DNA of 64,000 nucleotides. It comes from Bacteroidales bacterium (GTDB lineage: Bacteria > Bacteroidota > Bacteroidia > Bacteroidales > VadinHA17). The DNA lies in the NCBI GenBank assembly GCA_041740815.1, contig JBGSLG010000041.1:555-64554 (forward strand), read 5' to 3'. Positions 29,351 to 41,152 of this stretch are shown piece by piece. The position numbers and the translations under genes were made by a program. The notes beneath the pieces are model-generated. The model ran no database searches, had not been told where the DNA came from, and saw only the letters and a program-made list of their open reading frames with translations. How positions within the stretch are numbered: the first letter of the stretch is position 1; every line of letters begins with the position of its first letter.

Positions 29351-30037
29351 TCAGTTCTTTATGCACCGGACGGATAGTCCGTCAGTTTTGTATGCACTTT
29401 CCAGGTATGACTGGGTTGAGGAACTGATCAGGGTCAGGATCCATCCATCCGTTGCATCCTCTTCCGTGGAGCTCCAGAAAACTGCATAATAACCTGGTTG
29501 CCGGAACGTGCCATCCATCCTGTATCCTGACGGCAGCGCAGTAAAACCGTAATCATCTGTTGCTCCAGCGTTAGGACTGATCCAGTGAGCTATACCTTTT
29601 TCCTTTAGTTTACCACCTGCCGCGCTTTCTCCCCCAAGAAAATCTACCAGTTCTGTCCAGTCATCATAGGTCGGGACATGCCATCCAGTAGGGCAGACGT
29701 TTCTCGAATCCTTGACTGCATGCCAGTTATACAGTAATCCGTAAACAGGAGTGTTAGCCGGATTATTGTCATACTCGCAATATGCGCCTGAGGTCAGATT
29801 AAGCCATTGCGTTTCGCCGGTTACTTCTTGTATCGGCTCACCATTATCGTACTTTGTGGATTTCAGGTTCTCCCCGAACCATACCTGGCTGCCGATAACA
29901 ACAGTCCTGTAAATGTTACCGTCAATATCTGCAACAGTTTCAGGATCATCTTTTCCCTTTTTACAGCCGGATACCACCATTGCAGCAATAACAGTCAGGG
30001 TAATCAGGCCAACGGTCAGATTGTGGCTCATTCTCAT
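29351..30037 (-). CDS. FISUMP-domain lipoprotein (Fibrobacter succinogenes major paralogous domain)
   Basis: Lipobox (VVSGCKK) and hallmark motifs QVWFGENLK, GLLYNWHAV, CPTGWHVPTYDDW, AGGKLKEKG, GFTALPSGYR, FWSST and GLSVRCIKN. Confidence 0.85.
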   Translation of the reverse strand: MRMSHNLTVGLITLTVIAAMVVSGCKKGKDDPETVADIDGNIYRTVVIGSQVWFGENLKSTKYDNGEPIQEVTGETQWLNLTSGAYCEYDNNPANTPVYGLLYNWHAVKDSRNVCPTGWHVPTYDDWTELVDFLGGESAAGGKLKEKGIAHWISPNAGATDDYGFTALPSGYRMDGTFRQPGYYAVFWSSTEEDATDGWILTLISSSTQSYLESAYKTDGLSVRCIKN

Positions 30038-30048
30038 TTATATCAGTT

Positions 30049-31473
30049 TTACTGTTCTATAGGTATCAAACGGAGAATATACCCGGGTGTTTCGATTGCG
30101 AAATAAATATATCCGTCAGGACCCATGACCACATTCCGAACGCGTCCGATGCCCTCAAGCAACTGCTCCCGGTGAACCATCCTGTTGTCCTCCATGACAA
30201 CCCTTTCCAGGTGCTTTAAGGGCAGTGAGCCAAGGAAAATGTTGTTTTTCCAGTCAGGGTACCTGTCTCCGGTCACGAAGGTCATGCCACATGGCCCGAT
30301 GGAGGGGGTCCACTGGAAGACCGGCTGTTGCAGGCCTTCCTTTTCAGTGTTGTGAGTGAGGATGGTTCCGTCGTAATTAATACCATAAGAAATTACCGGC
30401 CAGCCATAGTTCAGCCCCGGTTTAATCAGATTCAATTCATCTCCGCCGCGCGGACCGTGTTCCGATACCCATAGTTCATCTGTGAGGGGATCGAAGCAGG
30501 TCCCCTGAGGGTTTCGGTGGCCGTAGCTCCAGATCGAAGCCAGGGCACCGGGGGTGTTGACGAACGGATTGTCAGCCGGAATTGAGCCATCGTCATTAAG
30601 CCTGTGAATCTTCCCGTTGTGATTGTCAAGTTTCTGGGGGAAGTCGAAGTGCTGTCCCCGGTCTCCTATGCCGAAAAAGATATGTCCCTTGCCGTCAAAT
30701 GCAATCTTGCATCCAAAGTGATAATTGCGGTCTGTGGCAGGTTCACCGCGGAAGATAACCTGCTGGTCGATGAGCCTGTTGCCATCAAGCCTTGCCCTCA
30801 TTATTGCAGTGTTGCCGGTTGGCCGGGCACCTTCCCCAACCAGAGCAGAGTATGAAAAGTAGATCCATCCATTTGTCTCATATTCGGGGTGAAGGGCAAT
30901 GTCAAGCAATCCGCCCTGTCCAATTGCCATTATTTCCGGCAAGCCCTCAACAGGCTCTGACAGTGTCCCTCCGGAGAAGATATGCAGATTGCCTGAGCGT
31001 TCTGAGATCAGCATATCGCCATTTGGCAGAAAGGCCATTCCCCATGGGACATTCAATCCTGCAATGACTGTATCCACCGTGAATTTCTGGACTTCAGACT
31101 CAATGATCCTGGCAGAGGTAAGGGCCGGCAGCAAAGTGCCCCTGTCGGCCGGAATACCTTTTTTCACGTAGGCTGCAAGCTCTTTTATCTCTTTGTTTGT
31201 GAAGGTCTTCTGAAAAGCCGGCATCCCTATGTTCTCTATCCCGAACTTAATACTGTTGAAAGCTGAGGAGGTGCCCTCTTCATCCATCCATGCCTTTGCG
31301 GCAAATTTTTCGAGATTGGCGCCATGGCAGCCGGAGCAGAATTTCTGGTAGTTGACTGCGGCGGTCAGATGCTTTCCTCCGTTATCGGTCGGTCTGGCCA
31401 GAAAAAACCTGTAGCCAGCATAGAGGACAAACGTTGCCACAATGAGCGTTGTGATAATTTGTGATGGTTTCAT
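30049..31473 (-). CDS. PQQ-dependent sugar (glucose/sorbosone) dehydrogenase fused to an N-terminal c-type cytochrome domain
   Basis: Heme-binding CSGCH, then beta-propeller motifs (GLLDIALHP, SYGHRNPQG, GPRGGDELN). Confidence 0.8.
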   Translation of the reverse strand: MKPSQIITTLIVATFVLYAGYRFFLARPTDNGGKHLTAAVNYQKFCSGCHGANLEKFAAKAWMDEEGTSSAFNSIKFGIENIGMPAFQKTFTNKEIKELAAYVKKGIPADRGTLLPALTSARIIESEVQKFTVDTVIAGLNVPWGMAFLPNGDMLISERSGNLHIFSGGTLSEPVEGLPEIMAIGQGGLLDIALHPEYETNGWIYFSYSALVGEGARPTGNTAIMRARLDGNRLIDQQVIFRGEPATDRNYHFGCKIAFDGKGHIFFGIGDRGQHFDFPQKLDNHNGKIHRLNDDGSIPADNPFVNTPGALASIWSYGHRNPQGTCFDPLTDELWVSEHGPRGGDELNLIKPGLNYGWPVISYGINYDGTILTHNTEKEGLQQPVFQWTPSIGPCGMTFVTGDRYPDWKNNIFLGSLPLKHLERVVMEDNRMVHREQLLEGIGRVRNVVMGPDGYIYFAIETPGYILRLIPIEQ

Positions 31474-31546
31474 TTTCTGAATTTTAACACCACAAATTAC
31501 AAAAAATGAGATCGCGAAGCAAGTGCTGTCTGAAAGAAAACCGGTT

Positions 31547-32854
31547 CTATTTCGGTCCTATAAGCTGGAAAAGCAGCCAGGAGACTCCGAGGGTAAAAAT
31601 AATATTGAAGGTCTGGGCAATCAGGAAACTGTAGAATGGTTTTTTGCTTTCCATGTGCCTGAAATCGGCGAAACGGGTCTCCAGCCCTATGCTGACGAAG
31701 GCAAGGTTAAACCAGAAGGTGCTGAATGACTTGATCACCTTCCCGGAAGACTGTGCTGTCTCGGGGCTAAGCAGAAATGAGAACACAAGCGAGGCCAGAA
31801 TAAAGCCAAGCACGAACTTCGGGAAGCGTTCCCATATTATGCTGGCCGGGACATGCTTTCCTTTTTCCCCTGCACCCCTGGTTCTGTATGCCCAGAAGAT
31901 TGAGATTGCAAATGCTGCCACACCCAGCAGGACGTTCTGTGAGAATTTAACGATTGTGGCATATTTGAGCCCTTCCTCCCCGGCGATGGTGCCTGCGGCA
32001 ACCACAGCCCCGGTAGTATCAATTGTGCCTCCCAGCCATGCTCCGGTGACAATATCAGACAGCCCCATCCATTTTGCAATGATGGGCAGGAAGATCATCA
32101 TCGGGATAGCAATTATCAGGACCAGTGAGATGATGAAAGAGAGCTTCTTTTTGTCGCCGTTGATGGCTCCGGCCGTTGCTATGGCAGCTGAGACGCCGCA
32201 GATGGATACGGCGCTTGCAAGCATGGTTGAGAATTCGTCATCAACCTTCATCTTCCGAGAGATCCAGAATGCAAAGTACCATACCACGCTGACAACGATC
32301 ACTGCCTGGATCAGCCCGAAGTAACCGGCAGTCAGGATGTCCTTGAAGAGAATAGTGGCTCCTAGCAGCACAAGTCCGATCTTTACATACAATTCAGTCA
32401 GGGCCCCTGAACGGAGCCATTCCGGCAGTTTTACAACGTTACCGATTATGAGGCCCAGAAGCAGGGAAAAGAGGACTGTCTCAAGTCCCAGGTTTTTAAA
32501 TCCTGCGTAGGACGAAATGAACTGAGCCAGAATAGCCAGAGAGAAAACAGCCAGAAAACCTATAATGAATTTTTTTAGTTTGTCACCGCTTAAAATTACT
32601 CCTATGATAGAGATGATGCCGAATATCAGCAGTGTGAAAAGGATTGATAACCAAAGTGATGAGGCACTGAAGATCCCGGGTATATCCTGATTGCTGCTCC
32701 ATCCGGCCTTGCCGCCAAAAGAGGGTGTGCCTATACTGTAGCCGGCAATGACTATAAACAGTATCAGTATGAAGCCTGTAATGACAGAGGCCCAGTCCTG
32801 TCCGATAATTAATTTTTCTGCACCGGCAGCTTTCTTATTTTCTGTCATGGTCAA
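31547..32854 (-). CDS. YeiH/UPF0324-family putative sulfate-exporter membrane protein
   Basis: 435 aa, highly hydrophobic with about 10-12 TM helices. The family call is by overall resemblance only. Confidence 0.55.
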   Translation of the reverse strand: MTMTENKKAAGAEKLIIGQDWASVITGFILILFIVIAGYSIGTPSFGGKAGWSSNQDIPGIFSASSLWLSILFTLLIFGIISIIGVILSGDKLKKFIIGFLAVFSLAILAQFISSYAGFKNLGLETVLFSLLLGLIIGNVVKLPEWLRSGALTELYVKIGLVLLGATILFKDILTAGYFGLIQAVIVVSVVWYFAFWISRKMKVDDEFSTMLASAVSICGVSAAIATAGAINGDKKKLSFIISLVLIIAIPMMIFLPIIAKWMGLSDIVTGAWLGGTIDTTGAVVAAGTIAGEEGLKYATIVKFSQNVLLGVAAFAISIFWAYRTRGAGEKGKHVPASIIWERFPKFVLGFILASLVFSFLLSPETAQSSGKVIKSFSTFWFNLAFVSIGLETRFADFRHMESKKPFYSFLIAQTFNIIFTLGVSWLLFQLIGPK

Positions 32855-32990
32855 TGGGTTTATTAACAGGTCAGAGTATAGGTTTCAGTTTTCCGGTTTT
32901 GGCGATGCAAATATGATAACAATTAGGATTTGAAACCTAAGCATAAAATGGTATTCTTGACCTGTAGCATGAGCATCAATGGATAATTGA

Positions 32991-34244
<1,254 letters not shown>

Positions 34245-34280
34245 AGGTTAGCCGTTAATCGGATATAAACATCAGTTTTC

Positions 34281-35102
34281 ATGCATAAAGTTGTTTTAAT
34301 TACCGGCATCTCTTCCGGTTTCGGGAAGCATACCGCCCGGCTGCTGGCTGACAGAGGCCATTCAGTCTACGGAACTCTGCGCAAAGCATGTGCGGTGGAT
34401 GGGGCTGTAAATGTGCTTTTGATGGATCTGACTGATATTAATTCAATCAGGCAGACAGTCAATGAGGTTGTTGAAAAGGAGGGAAGGATAGATGTGCTGA
34501 TAAATAATGCCGGGATGCACACGGGCGGAGCCGTTGAAACAACCCCTGCAGAGACCGTCAGCCTTCAGATGGAGACCAGTTTCACGGGTATGGCGAATCT
34601 CACGCGGGAGGTGCTGCCTGTGATGCGTCGCACCGGAGGAGGCACGATAATAAACATCAGTTCCATTGGCGGATTGATGGGGCTTCCATTTCAGGCATAC
34701 TATTCAGCTGCCAAGTTCGCAGTAGAAGGTTTCAGCGAGGCCCTGAGGATGGAGACAGGGCATTTCAATATCAGGGTTGTGGTTATTAATCCCGGAGATT
34801 TTCATACAAATAATACCGCTAACCGCAGGAATTACCTCGCTCCGTCGGAACCTGAAGATCCCTATCATGAACAGTTTATAAAGACACTTGCTGTCATAGA
34901 GCGTGATGAAGCTAACGGCAGGGATCCGCTTTTACTTGCTCACAAACTGGCAGGGATAGTTGAATGCAGCAATCCACGCAACCGTTATATCATTGCATCA
35001 TCTGACCAGAAGCTGGCGGTCATGCTTAAGAGAATCCTGCCCGGGAAAATATTCTCAGCAATTCTGGCCGGTCACTACGGTATTCGCAGACGAATGCCCT
35101 GA
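34281..35102 (+). CDS. Short-chain dehydrogenase/reductase
   Basis: TGISSGFGK, NNAG and the catalytic YSAAK. It starts 36 nt downstream of the spt-like gene. Confidence 0.85.
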   Translation: MHKVVLITGISSGFGKHTARLLADRGHSVYGTLRKACAVDGAVNVLLMDLTDINSIRQTVNEVVEKEGRIDVLINNAGMHTGGAVETTPAETVSLQMETSFTGMANLTREVLPVMRRTGGGTIINISSIGGLMGLPFQAYYSAAKFAVEGFSEALRMETGHFNIRVVVINPGDFHTNNTANRRNYLAPSEPEDPYHEQFIKTLAVIERDEANGRDPLLLAHKLAGIVECSNPRNRYIIASSDQKLAVMLKRILPGKIFSAILAGHYGIRRRMP

Positions 35103-35126
35103 TTGCCTTGCCGGGCGGCCGGGGTT

Positions 35127-35633
35127 CTAAATCTCTCCCGGTCTTTTGAAATACTTCGATTCAGCCCTCGGAACAACCTCTCCGGAGAAGCGTTTGACTG
35201 TACCTTTGGTGGGTGTTATTATTACATCAACAGCGCTACCGGCTGTTTTCTTGAGTGTAATTTCAATCTTGGCTGTGATGAAGAAACCCTTGGTCTGCAT
35301 CGAAATCTTTACATTGCCTTTTTTGTCAGTAACCTGGCTGTAATCAGTGACTGTTAGCTTGTTGGTATTACTATTGCCGGCAATGATCATGCCCTGCAGG
35401 TATACAAATTCTTTCTCATAGGAAAGGAAATTGGCTACATCGGTATTTGTCTCAAAAACGCCATCTACATCGTAGTTATCAACGATAATTACAAAGTCCC
35501 TGGTTTCAACGGTCAATAATGCCTTTTCAAAGGCTGCAAGTGTAGCTGCTTCCTTATCTGCTTTTTTGTCCTGCGCAATTGAGGGCATCAGTGCAGCGCT
35601 GATAAAACATAATGTCAGAAAAAATTTCTTCAT
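35127..35633 (-). CDS. Hypothetical secreted protein
   Basis: 168 aa with a signal peptide (PSIAQ). No recognisable motif. Confidence 0.55.
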   Translation of the reverse strand: MKKFFLTLCFISAALMPSIAQDKKADKEAATLAAFEKALLTVETRDFVIIVDNYDVDGVFETNTDVANFLSYEKEFVYLQGMIIAGNSNTNKLTVTDYSQVTDKKGNVKISMQTKGFFITAKIEITLKKTAGSAVDVIITPTKGTVKRFSGEVVPRAESKYFKRPGEI

Positions 35634-35741
35634 TTTGATTCAGGTTTTTAGCGAATGATTACAAATTTACATTTTCTGAGATACAATAAGCGTGCCCCTG
35701 TCAATAATGGCTGAATAAATTTATCTATTTTTGCAGCCCAA

Positions 35742-37562
35742 ATGCACATAGAAACGGAAGAAATAAGAAATATTGCCGTAATAGCTCACGTAGACCACGG
35801 CAAGACTACGCTTGTAGATCGCATACTGTACCAGGTTAAGCTATTCCGCGAGAACCAGGTAATGGGGGATCTGATACTCGACAGCAACGATCTGGAGAGG
35901 GAGAGGGGAATCACCATTCTGTCAAAGAACGTCTCTGTACGTTACAAGAATGTCAAGATCAATATTATAGACACACCCGGCCACTCCGATTTTGGTGGGG
36001 AGGTGGAGAGGGTTCTGAACATGGCCGAAGGGGTACTCCTAATAGTGGATGCCTTTGAAGGGCCGATGCCACAGACACGGTTTGTACTGCAGAAGGCTCT
36101 GGAGCTTGGACTCAAGCCTATCGTTGTGATAAATAAGGTTGATAAGCCTAATTGCAAGCCAGAGGAGACTCAGGAGAGCGTCTTCGACCTGATGCACAGC
36201 CTGAAGGCGACAGAGGATCAGCTCGACTTTCCAACGGTTTACGGATCATCAAAGCAGGGTTGGATGGGGCCCGACTGGATAAATCCCACCACCGACGTCA
36301 GCTACCTGCTTGACACAATTATTAGCCATATCCCGGCGGCTGAGATGACTGAGGGATCGCTGCAGATGAGAATCTCATCGCTCGATTATTCATCATACAT
36401 GGGGCGGATTGCAGTAGGCAAAATCAAGAGAGGGACCCTGGTCCCGGGCAGCCAGGTATCATTGATCAAACGTAACGGTGCCATTATGATGAACACCGTT
36501 AAGGAGGTTTATCTCTTTGAGGGTCTGGGTAAGGTAAAGACGAAGAAGCCGGTGCACTCCGGGGAGATATGTGCTGTGTTCGGGATGGAGGATTTTGACA
36601 TAGGCGACACCATTGCTGACGGTGATGAACCTGAGGGTCTTCCCTATATGCAGGTGGATGAGCCAACCATGAGCATGCTCTTTACATCGAACAACTCACC
36701 TTTCTTCGGCCGTGAGGGTACACTCGTTACATCACGGCAGCTAAGGGACAGGCTCTTCAGGGAGACTGAAAAGAACCTCGCCATGAGGGTTGAGGAGACC
36801 GATGCCGCAGATACCTTCATGGTCTTCGGCCGCGGCATTCTGCACCTCTCCATCCTCATTGAAACGATGCGTCGCGAAGGCTTCGAGCTTCAGGTGGGAC
36901 AGCCAAAGGTCCTGATAAAGGAGATCGACGGTATCAGGCATGAGCCTATAGAGGCCCTTACCGTACAGGTGCCTGAGAATTTCGCGGGCAAGGTCATTGA
37001 CCAGGTCACCCAGCGGAAGGGAGAGATAGCAAATATAGAAGTAAGGCATGACCGTGCTCATCTCGACTTCAGGATTCCTGCCAGGGGAATTATAGGGTTG
37101 AGAAACCAGGTGCTTACCGTAACCGAGGGCGAGGCAGTCATGGCCCATCGCTTCGATGTATATGAACCGTGGAATGGAGAGATGGCAGTAAGACGGAATG
37201 GCTCGCTGATAGCCATGGATACGGGAATAGCAGTGGCCTATGCCATTGACAAGCTGCAGGACAGAGGCAGGTTCTTCATTTTCCCCGGCGAAGAAGTGTA
37301 TATGGGTCAGGTCATAGGTGAAAACACCCGTCAGGATGATATAGTGGTCAACGTCACCAGAACGAAGAAGCTCACAAACATGAGGGCTTCAGGATCTGAT
37401 GACAAGGCATTGCTGACACCCCCGGTCCGCTTCTCACTCGAGGAAGCAATGGAGTACATTGCAGCCGATGAGTATATCGAGATCACCCCGAAATCGATGC
37501 GCCTGAGAAAAATCAAGCTTGATGAGAACGACCGGAAGAGGGCAAAGATGAAGATTGAGTAA
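35742..37562 (+). CDS. typA: Translational GTPase TypA/BipA
   Basis: 606 aa with [27 protein letters not shown] and NKVDK, and full-length resemblance to BipA. Confidence 0.95.
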   Translation: MHIETEEIRNIAVIAHVDHGKTTLVDRILYQVKLFRENQVMGDLILDSNDLERERGITILSKNVSVRYKNVKINIIDTPGHSDFGGEVERVLNMAEGVLLIVDAFEGPMPQTRFVLQKALELGLKPIVVINKVDKPNCKPEETQESVFDLMHSLKATEDQLDFPTVYGSSKQGWMGPDWINPTTDVSYLLDTIISHIPAAEMTEGSLQMRISSLDYSSYMGRIAVGKIKRGTLVPGSQVSLIKRNGAIMMNTVKEVYLFEGLGKVKTKKPVHSGEICAVFGMEDFDIGDTIADGDEPEGLPYMQVDEPTMSMLFTSNNSPFFGREGTLVTSRQLRDRLFRETEKNLAMRVEETDAADTFMVFGRGILHLSILIETMRREGFELQVGQPKVLIKEIDGIRHEPIEALTVQVPENFAGKVIDQVTQRKGEIANIEVRHDRAHLDFRIPARGIIGLRNQVLTVTEGEAVMAHRFDVYEPWNGEMAVRRNGSLIAMDTGIAVAYAIDKLQDRGRFFIFPGEEVYMGQVIGENTRQDDIVVNVTRTKKLTNMRASGSDDKALLTPPVRFSLEEAMEYIAADEYIEITPKSMRLRKIKLDENDRKRAKMKIE

Positions 37563-37563
37563 T

Positions 37564-37586
37564 ACCTCTGCCTTCATAACAGAGGT
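37564..37586 (+). terminator. Hairpin immediately after the typA stop
   Basis: acctctg / cagaggt 7-bp stem with a 9-nt loop, followed by ctctttt. Confidence 0.5.
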
Positions 37587-37614
37587 CTCTTTTCACAATC
37601 GCTATTAAATAAAA

Positions 37615-37644
37615 AACCGGCAGATCTCTCCGCCGGTTTTTTTC
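37615..37644. terminator. Bidirectional rho-independent terminator between convergent genes
   Basis: Stem aaccggc / gccggtt flanked by an A-run on the left and a T-run on the right (aaaaaaccggc...gccggttttttt). Confidence 0.65.
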
Positions 37645-37662
37645 TCAGCCTTAAATTAATGC

Positions 37663-38151
37663 TTACCTGCGACCTGCACCGGCACCTTTAACAGTAGCCG
37701 GGCGGTTTGTTCTGACGCTTTTGGCAGCGCCTTTGTTTTTTGTTGCAGTCTTGGCCTGCTTCATTGATTTCTGGGCCTCACCCTTCATCTTAGCCTGTTC
37801 CCTGACCATATCGCCTTTCCCCTCACCAGTCTGTACCTGAGCCTGTTTGGCTGTTGTGCTGACTGCCTCACCATGATTCTGGGTCCTGGTCTGGGTCTGT
37901 GTCATAATCGGATCACCGCTCTGTGTCTGATCCTGGGTCTGCTGTTTAGTCTGGGTCTTGGTCCTGGTCTGGGTCTGTGTCATAATCGGATCACCGCTCT
38001 GTGTCTGATCCTGTACCTTAACCTGCTGCTTTGCCTCGATCCTGAGCTGCTTCTTGGTTTTTGTCTGGGTCTGGAGGGGTTCTGAGGTCTGTGCCATGAC
38101 GCCTGCACTTATCATAAGTGCTATTGCGCCTAAAAGAATTTCCTTTTTCAT
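37663..38151 (-). CDS. Secreted Gln/Thr-rich low-complexity protein with a basic C-terminal tail
   Basis: 162 aa with signal peptide (VMAQ), a 26-aa internal repeat (QDQTQSGDPIMTQTQTRT...) and a tail ending GAGAGRR. Last gene of the two-component operon. Confidence 0.7.
   Translation of the reverse strand: MKKEILLGAIALMISAGVMAQTSEPLQTQTKTKKQLRIEAKQQVKVQDQTQSGDPIMTQTQTRTKTQTKQQTQDQTQSGDPIMTQTQTRTQNHGEAVSTTAKQAQVQTGEGKGDMVREQAKMKGEAQKSMKQAKTATKNKGAAKSVRTNRPATVKGAGAGRR
37882..38013. repeat. Intragenic tandem duplication, 78-bp period with 54 bp identical
   Basis: 37882-37935 and 37960-38013 are identical over 54 nt (ggtcctggtctgggtctgtgtcataatcggatcaccgctctgtgtctgatcctg). Confidence 0.9.
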
Positions 38152-38213
38152 TTTACTGATGGTTTTAGTTTATTATCAAATAACAGATCAAAAATAACCC
38201 CGTGAAAATGAAG

Positions 38214-39539
38214 CTATAATGAAATTCCAGGGAAAAAGAAGAAAAATTTGGTTCCTTTATCAGGTTCTGACAGAACTCTTACAGGTATGTCATGAAAATC
38301 GGCTATTGATTTGGTTATTGCCAGCCCAATTCCGGTGCTGTCGCCTCCCGGCTCGAGCCTGGTGCTGAAACGTGAAAAGAGTCTGTCAAGCTGCTCAGGC
38401 GTCATCCCTCTTCCGGTATCGCAGACGGAGACTTCGAACCTGCCTTCACCTTCTGTTCCGCTTATCTCTATTCTGCCACCTGCCGGAGTATGTTTTACAG
38501 AGTTATTTACGACGTTGTAAAACATAGAGAACAGGAGAGATCGGTTGGAATGACTGAGTATATAGTTCCGGTTACAGTTTATGATAATTTCCACACCGCT
38601 GTCATCGGCCACAGGTGAAATCTCGTCAGTCACTTCTTTTATAAGGGCACCGATCTCTACAATATCCTCTTTGAGGTACTGCCTGCTTTCAATCCTTGCA
38701 ATCATAAGCAGGGAGTTTACCAGTGTCTTCAGCCTGTGCAGTGTACGAAGCGATTCTTCTATCCCTGTTTCTATTACAGGGTCGAGGTTCTCACTGAGGA
38801 GCATGTTCTCAAGTTTGCTGCGCAGAACGGAGACCGGCGTCATCAACTCATGAGAGATGTTAACCGTGATCTCTTTCTCTTTACGGAAGAGGTCATCTAT
38901 CTTCTTCATCATTTCCCTGAGCGTGCGGTCAAGCTGAATGAAGTCTTCTGTTGAGGTCCTGACAGGGTCCGCTGAGACAGATGAAGGAGAAGTTGTTTCC
39001 TTCAACCTGCCGGTTATAACCCTGAGCGGCCTGAGAATTCGTGAGGTATAGAAGAGGTCAGACAGAAGGGTGACAGCTATAAATATTGCAAGGAAAATCA
39101 GGATCACGTTCCTGATATTTCTTCCTGCATAGGTAATACTGGAGAGGCTTTGCCCGATCTCAAGAAGATATGGTTCTCCATCCACCCTAAATGAATAGTG
39201 CAGAACGCGGTAGTCTATCGCTTCGTCTTCAATCAGCCTCTGCGTCACATCAATGAAGTTCCACTCCTGTGAAAGATCAACCCTTTCAAGGCTGATAAAT
39301 TCCTCCTTAAGTATATTATAGCTGCCGAATCCGTCGTTGGTGTCAGAAGTCATGAAGGGTTCAATGCCCACTTCCGAGATAAGGTCTATAACTTCTTCTC
39401 TCTTGTCAATAAGTTCATTATCAGTCTGACGAATATTGATGCGTTCTATTATAAGGGGAAGGAAGCCAATAAACAGAGCTGAGAAGACCAGTTTTGAGAG
39501 CAGGTTGAAGAGCGCAAGTTTTGTCTGTAATTTCATCAT
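38214..39539 (-). CDS. Two-component sensor histidine kinase
   Basis: 441 aa with two TM helices flanking a periplasmic domain, H-box NISHELMTPVS, and ATPase boxes (VVNNSVKHT, DTGRGM, GIGLAI). Confidence 0.9.
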   Translation of the reverse strand: MMKLQTKLALFNLLSKLVFSALFIGFLPLIIERINIRQTDNELIDKREEVIDLISEVGIEPFMTSDTNDGFGSYNILKEEFISLERVDLSQEWNFIDVTQRLIEDEAIDYRVLHYSFRVDGEPYLLEIGQSLSSITYAGRNIRNVILIFLAIFIAVTLLSDLFYTSRILRPLRVITGRLKETTSPSSVSADPVRTSTEDFIQLDRTLREMMKKIDDLFRKEKEITVNISHELMTPVSVLRSKLENMLLSENLDPVIETGIEESLRTLHRLKTLVNSLLMIARIESRQYLKEDIVEIGALIKEVTDEISPVADDSGVEIIINCNRNYILSHSNRSLLFSMFYNVVNNSVKHTPAGGRIEISGTEGEGRFEVSVCDTGRGMTPEQLDRLFSRFSTRLEPGGDSTGIGLAITKSIADFHDIPVRVLSEPDKGTKFFFFFPGISL

Positions 39540-39554
39540 GCTCCTGGGATCCTG

Positions 39555-40238
39555 TTACCTGTCTGTGCTTACACGGTAACCTACGCCTCTTACTGTCTCG
39601 AGCCATGGTGAAGGTGCGTGGGCATTAAGCTTTCTGCGTAAATTCTTTATATGAACGTCGATGAAATTGCTGTCATACTGGTCATCAAGAGTGTTTCCCC
39701 ATATATGCTCATAAAGCTGATGACGGGCAAGCACCTTGTTGTGGTTTATCACCAGGTAGTGCAACAGGTCGAATTCCTTCCTGGTTAATTCCACCTCAGT
39801 ACTGCTGTGCTTAAGTTTTCTTGCCTGTGTCTCCATCACAAACTCGCCAAGTGTAATGTCGGGCGATGTGATCTGGAATTTTCTTCTTGCCACAGCCATG
39901 ATGCGCGAATGCAGTTCAACCAGGGCAAATGGTTTTGGCAGGTAGTCATCAGCCCCGAGGTCAAGACCACGGACCCTGTCCTCAACGGCCCCGCGGGCGG
40001 TGATAATAATAAAGGAGACATCGGTGTTACTCTTTCTGGCTTCCCTTATCAGGTCAAGCCCGTCGTAATCAGGAAGGCCAAGATCGAGCAGCACAAAGTC
40101 ATAGAGGTTTACGGCGATCTTTTCGGATGCATCCTTGCCTGTTACAGATACATCACAGAGAAACTTTTCCTTGCTGAGAAAGGAAGCGATCTCGTTTGCA
40201 AGGCTCTTTTCGTCTTCAACTATCAGGACGTTCATCAA
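39555..40238 (-). CDS. OmpR/PhoB-type response regulator transcription factor
   Basis: Receiver (VLIVEDE...VLLDLGLPDYDG...KPF) plus a winged-helix C-terminus (TVRGVGYRV). Confidence 0.9.
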   Translation of the reverse strand: MMNVLIVEDEKSLANEIASFLSKEKFLCDVSVTGKDASEKIAVNLYDFVLLDLGLPDYDGLDLIREARKSNTDVSFIIITARGAVEDRVRGLDLGADDYLPKPFALVELHSRIMAVARRKFQITSPDITLGEFVMETQARKLKHSSTEVELTRKEFDLLHYLVINHNKVLARHQLYEHIWGNTLDDQYDSNFIDVHIKNLRRKLNAHAPSPWLETVRGVGYRVSTDR

Positions 40239-40244
40239 CCAAAG

Positions 40245-41132
40245 TTATAAAATCCTGAAGAAGGCGCTGGCCATAAACAAAAAACCTTTCATCCCTGTTG
40301 CGCCCGTCTCTGAATAGAGTGGCAGTACGTAACCGGGCTCAATCTCGATGGACACAAAGTCATAGTTGAAGGAGATTGGCAGGCCGAAGTCGATCTCCAT
40401 AGGGCCGAAAACCTCCGAATATGTTGATGATGATCCCTGCCCGCCGTTTTTCCATGGTCTGTATCCGGGCGACACCGTGGTGGTTGTTCCCCCGGAGGTC
40501 TCCATGCTTATCATCTTGCCGAAGAGGATATTGATGTAGGGATCAAATGAAAAGAAGGCCTTGTCTTTGGCGAATAACGGAGTCTCAAAATACCTTGAGT
40601 GCCTGGTCTGAAGATAGAGCTGGCTACCGTCAGCGAAAAGGCCTCCGATTGATAGTTTGGAATATAATATTTTCCAGTCGAAGCCGAGTGTGGCGTCGGC
40701 ATATGTGAAATTGCTGAAGAGAGTGTCCTGCAGGGATTCAGCCACACTGTACCGCGAAAGGCTGGTGCTGATGTCAAACCATGAATTGAAGGTATGATTG
40801 AAGGTTGCGCCCACGTTGTAGTATGCAATGAAGGGGGAGAAGCCGGTTATTGTATAACCTGTGGCGGTAAGGTAAAGCTTGTCCATCAGACCGTATGAGA
40901 CCGAGGCGTAACCGAAGCCGTGATCCTGTGACATGGTTGTTCCGAGGTATATCATGTTGTTACCGTAACCTGCCCCGGCATACAACGAATGGACTGAACC
41001 TTTCCCGGCAACTGAGGAAGTATCGGGGGAGGTATCAGCAACTGTCCGGCTCTGTGCAGTCAGGCTGATAAGGGATGCCTGCAGAATCAGCCAGCAGGCA
41101 ATCGCAACTGTTATGGAAAACCTTCCCTTCAT
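40245..41132 (-). CDS. Hypothetical protein, probable outer-membrane beta-barrel
   Basis: 295 aa with signal peptide (LTAQS) and a Gly/Tyr/Ser-rich alternating pattern. No motif-level family call. Confidence 0.5.
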   Translation of the reverse strand: MKGRFSITVAIACWLILQASLISLTAQSRTVADTSPDTSSVAGKGSVHSLYAGAGYGNNMIYLGTTMSQDHGFGYASVSYGLMDKLYLTATGYTITGFSPFIAYYNVGATFNHTFNSWFDISTSLSRYSVAESLQDTLFSNFTYADATLGFDWKILYSKLSIGGLFADGSQLYLQTRHSRYFETPLFAKDKAFFSFDPYINILFGKMISMETSGGTTTTVSPGYRPWKNGGQGSSSTYSEVFGPMEIDFGLPISFNYDFVSIEIEPGYVLPLYSETGATGMKGFLFMASAFFRIL

Positions 41133-41152
41133 GGTGTCAGGTGATAATGCCG

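Noticed and set aside
31644-32324. Long antisense ORFs in the GC-richer half (31644..32324, 43845..44441, 44836..45396, 50777..51277, 52961..53515, 55545..56213 and others)
   Set aside because: Each lies entirely inside, and antisense to, a gene with strong motif support (YeiH-like, araA, GH127, galM, Gfo/Idh/MocA). Their Ser/Arg/Pro/Cys-rich composition is typical of shadow ORFs that appear when GC rises.
35103-35357. 84-aa and 65-aa plus-strand ORFs just after the SDR gene
   Set aside because: They are antisense to the better-supported minus-strand secreted-protein gene 35127..35633. Composition is poor and there is no motif.
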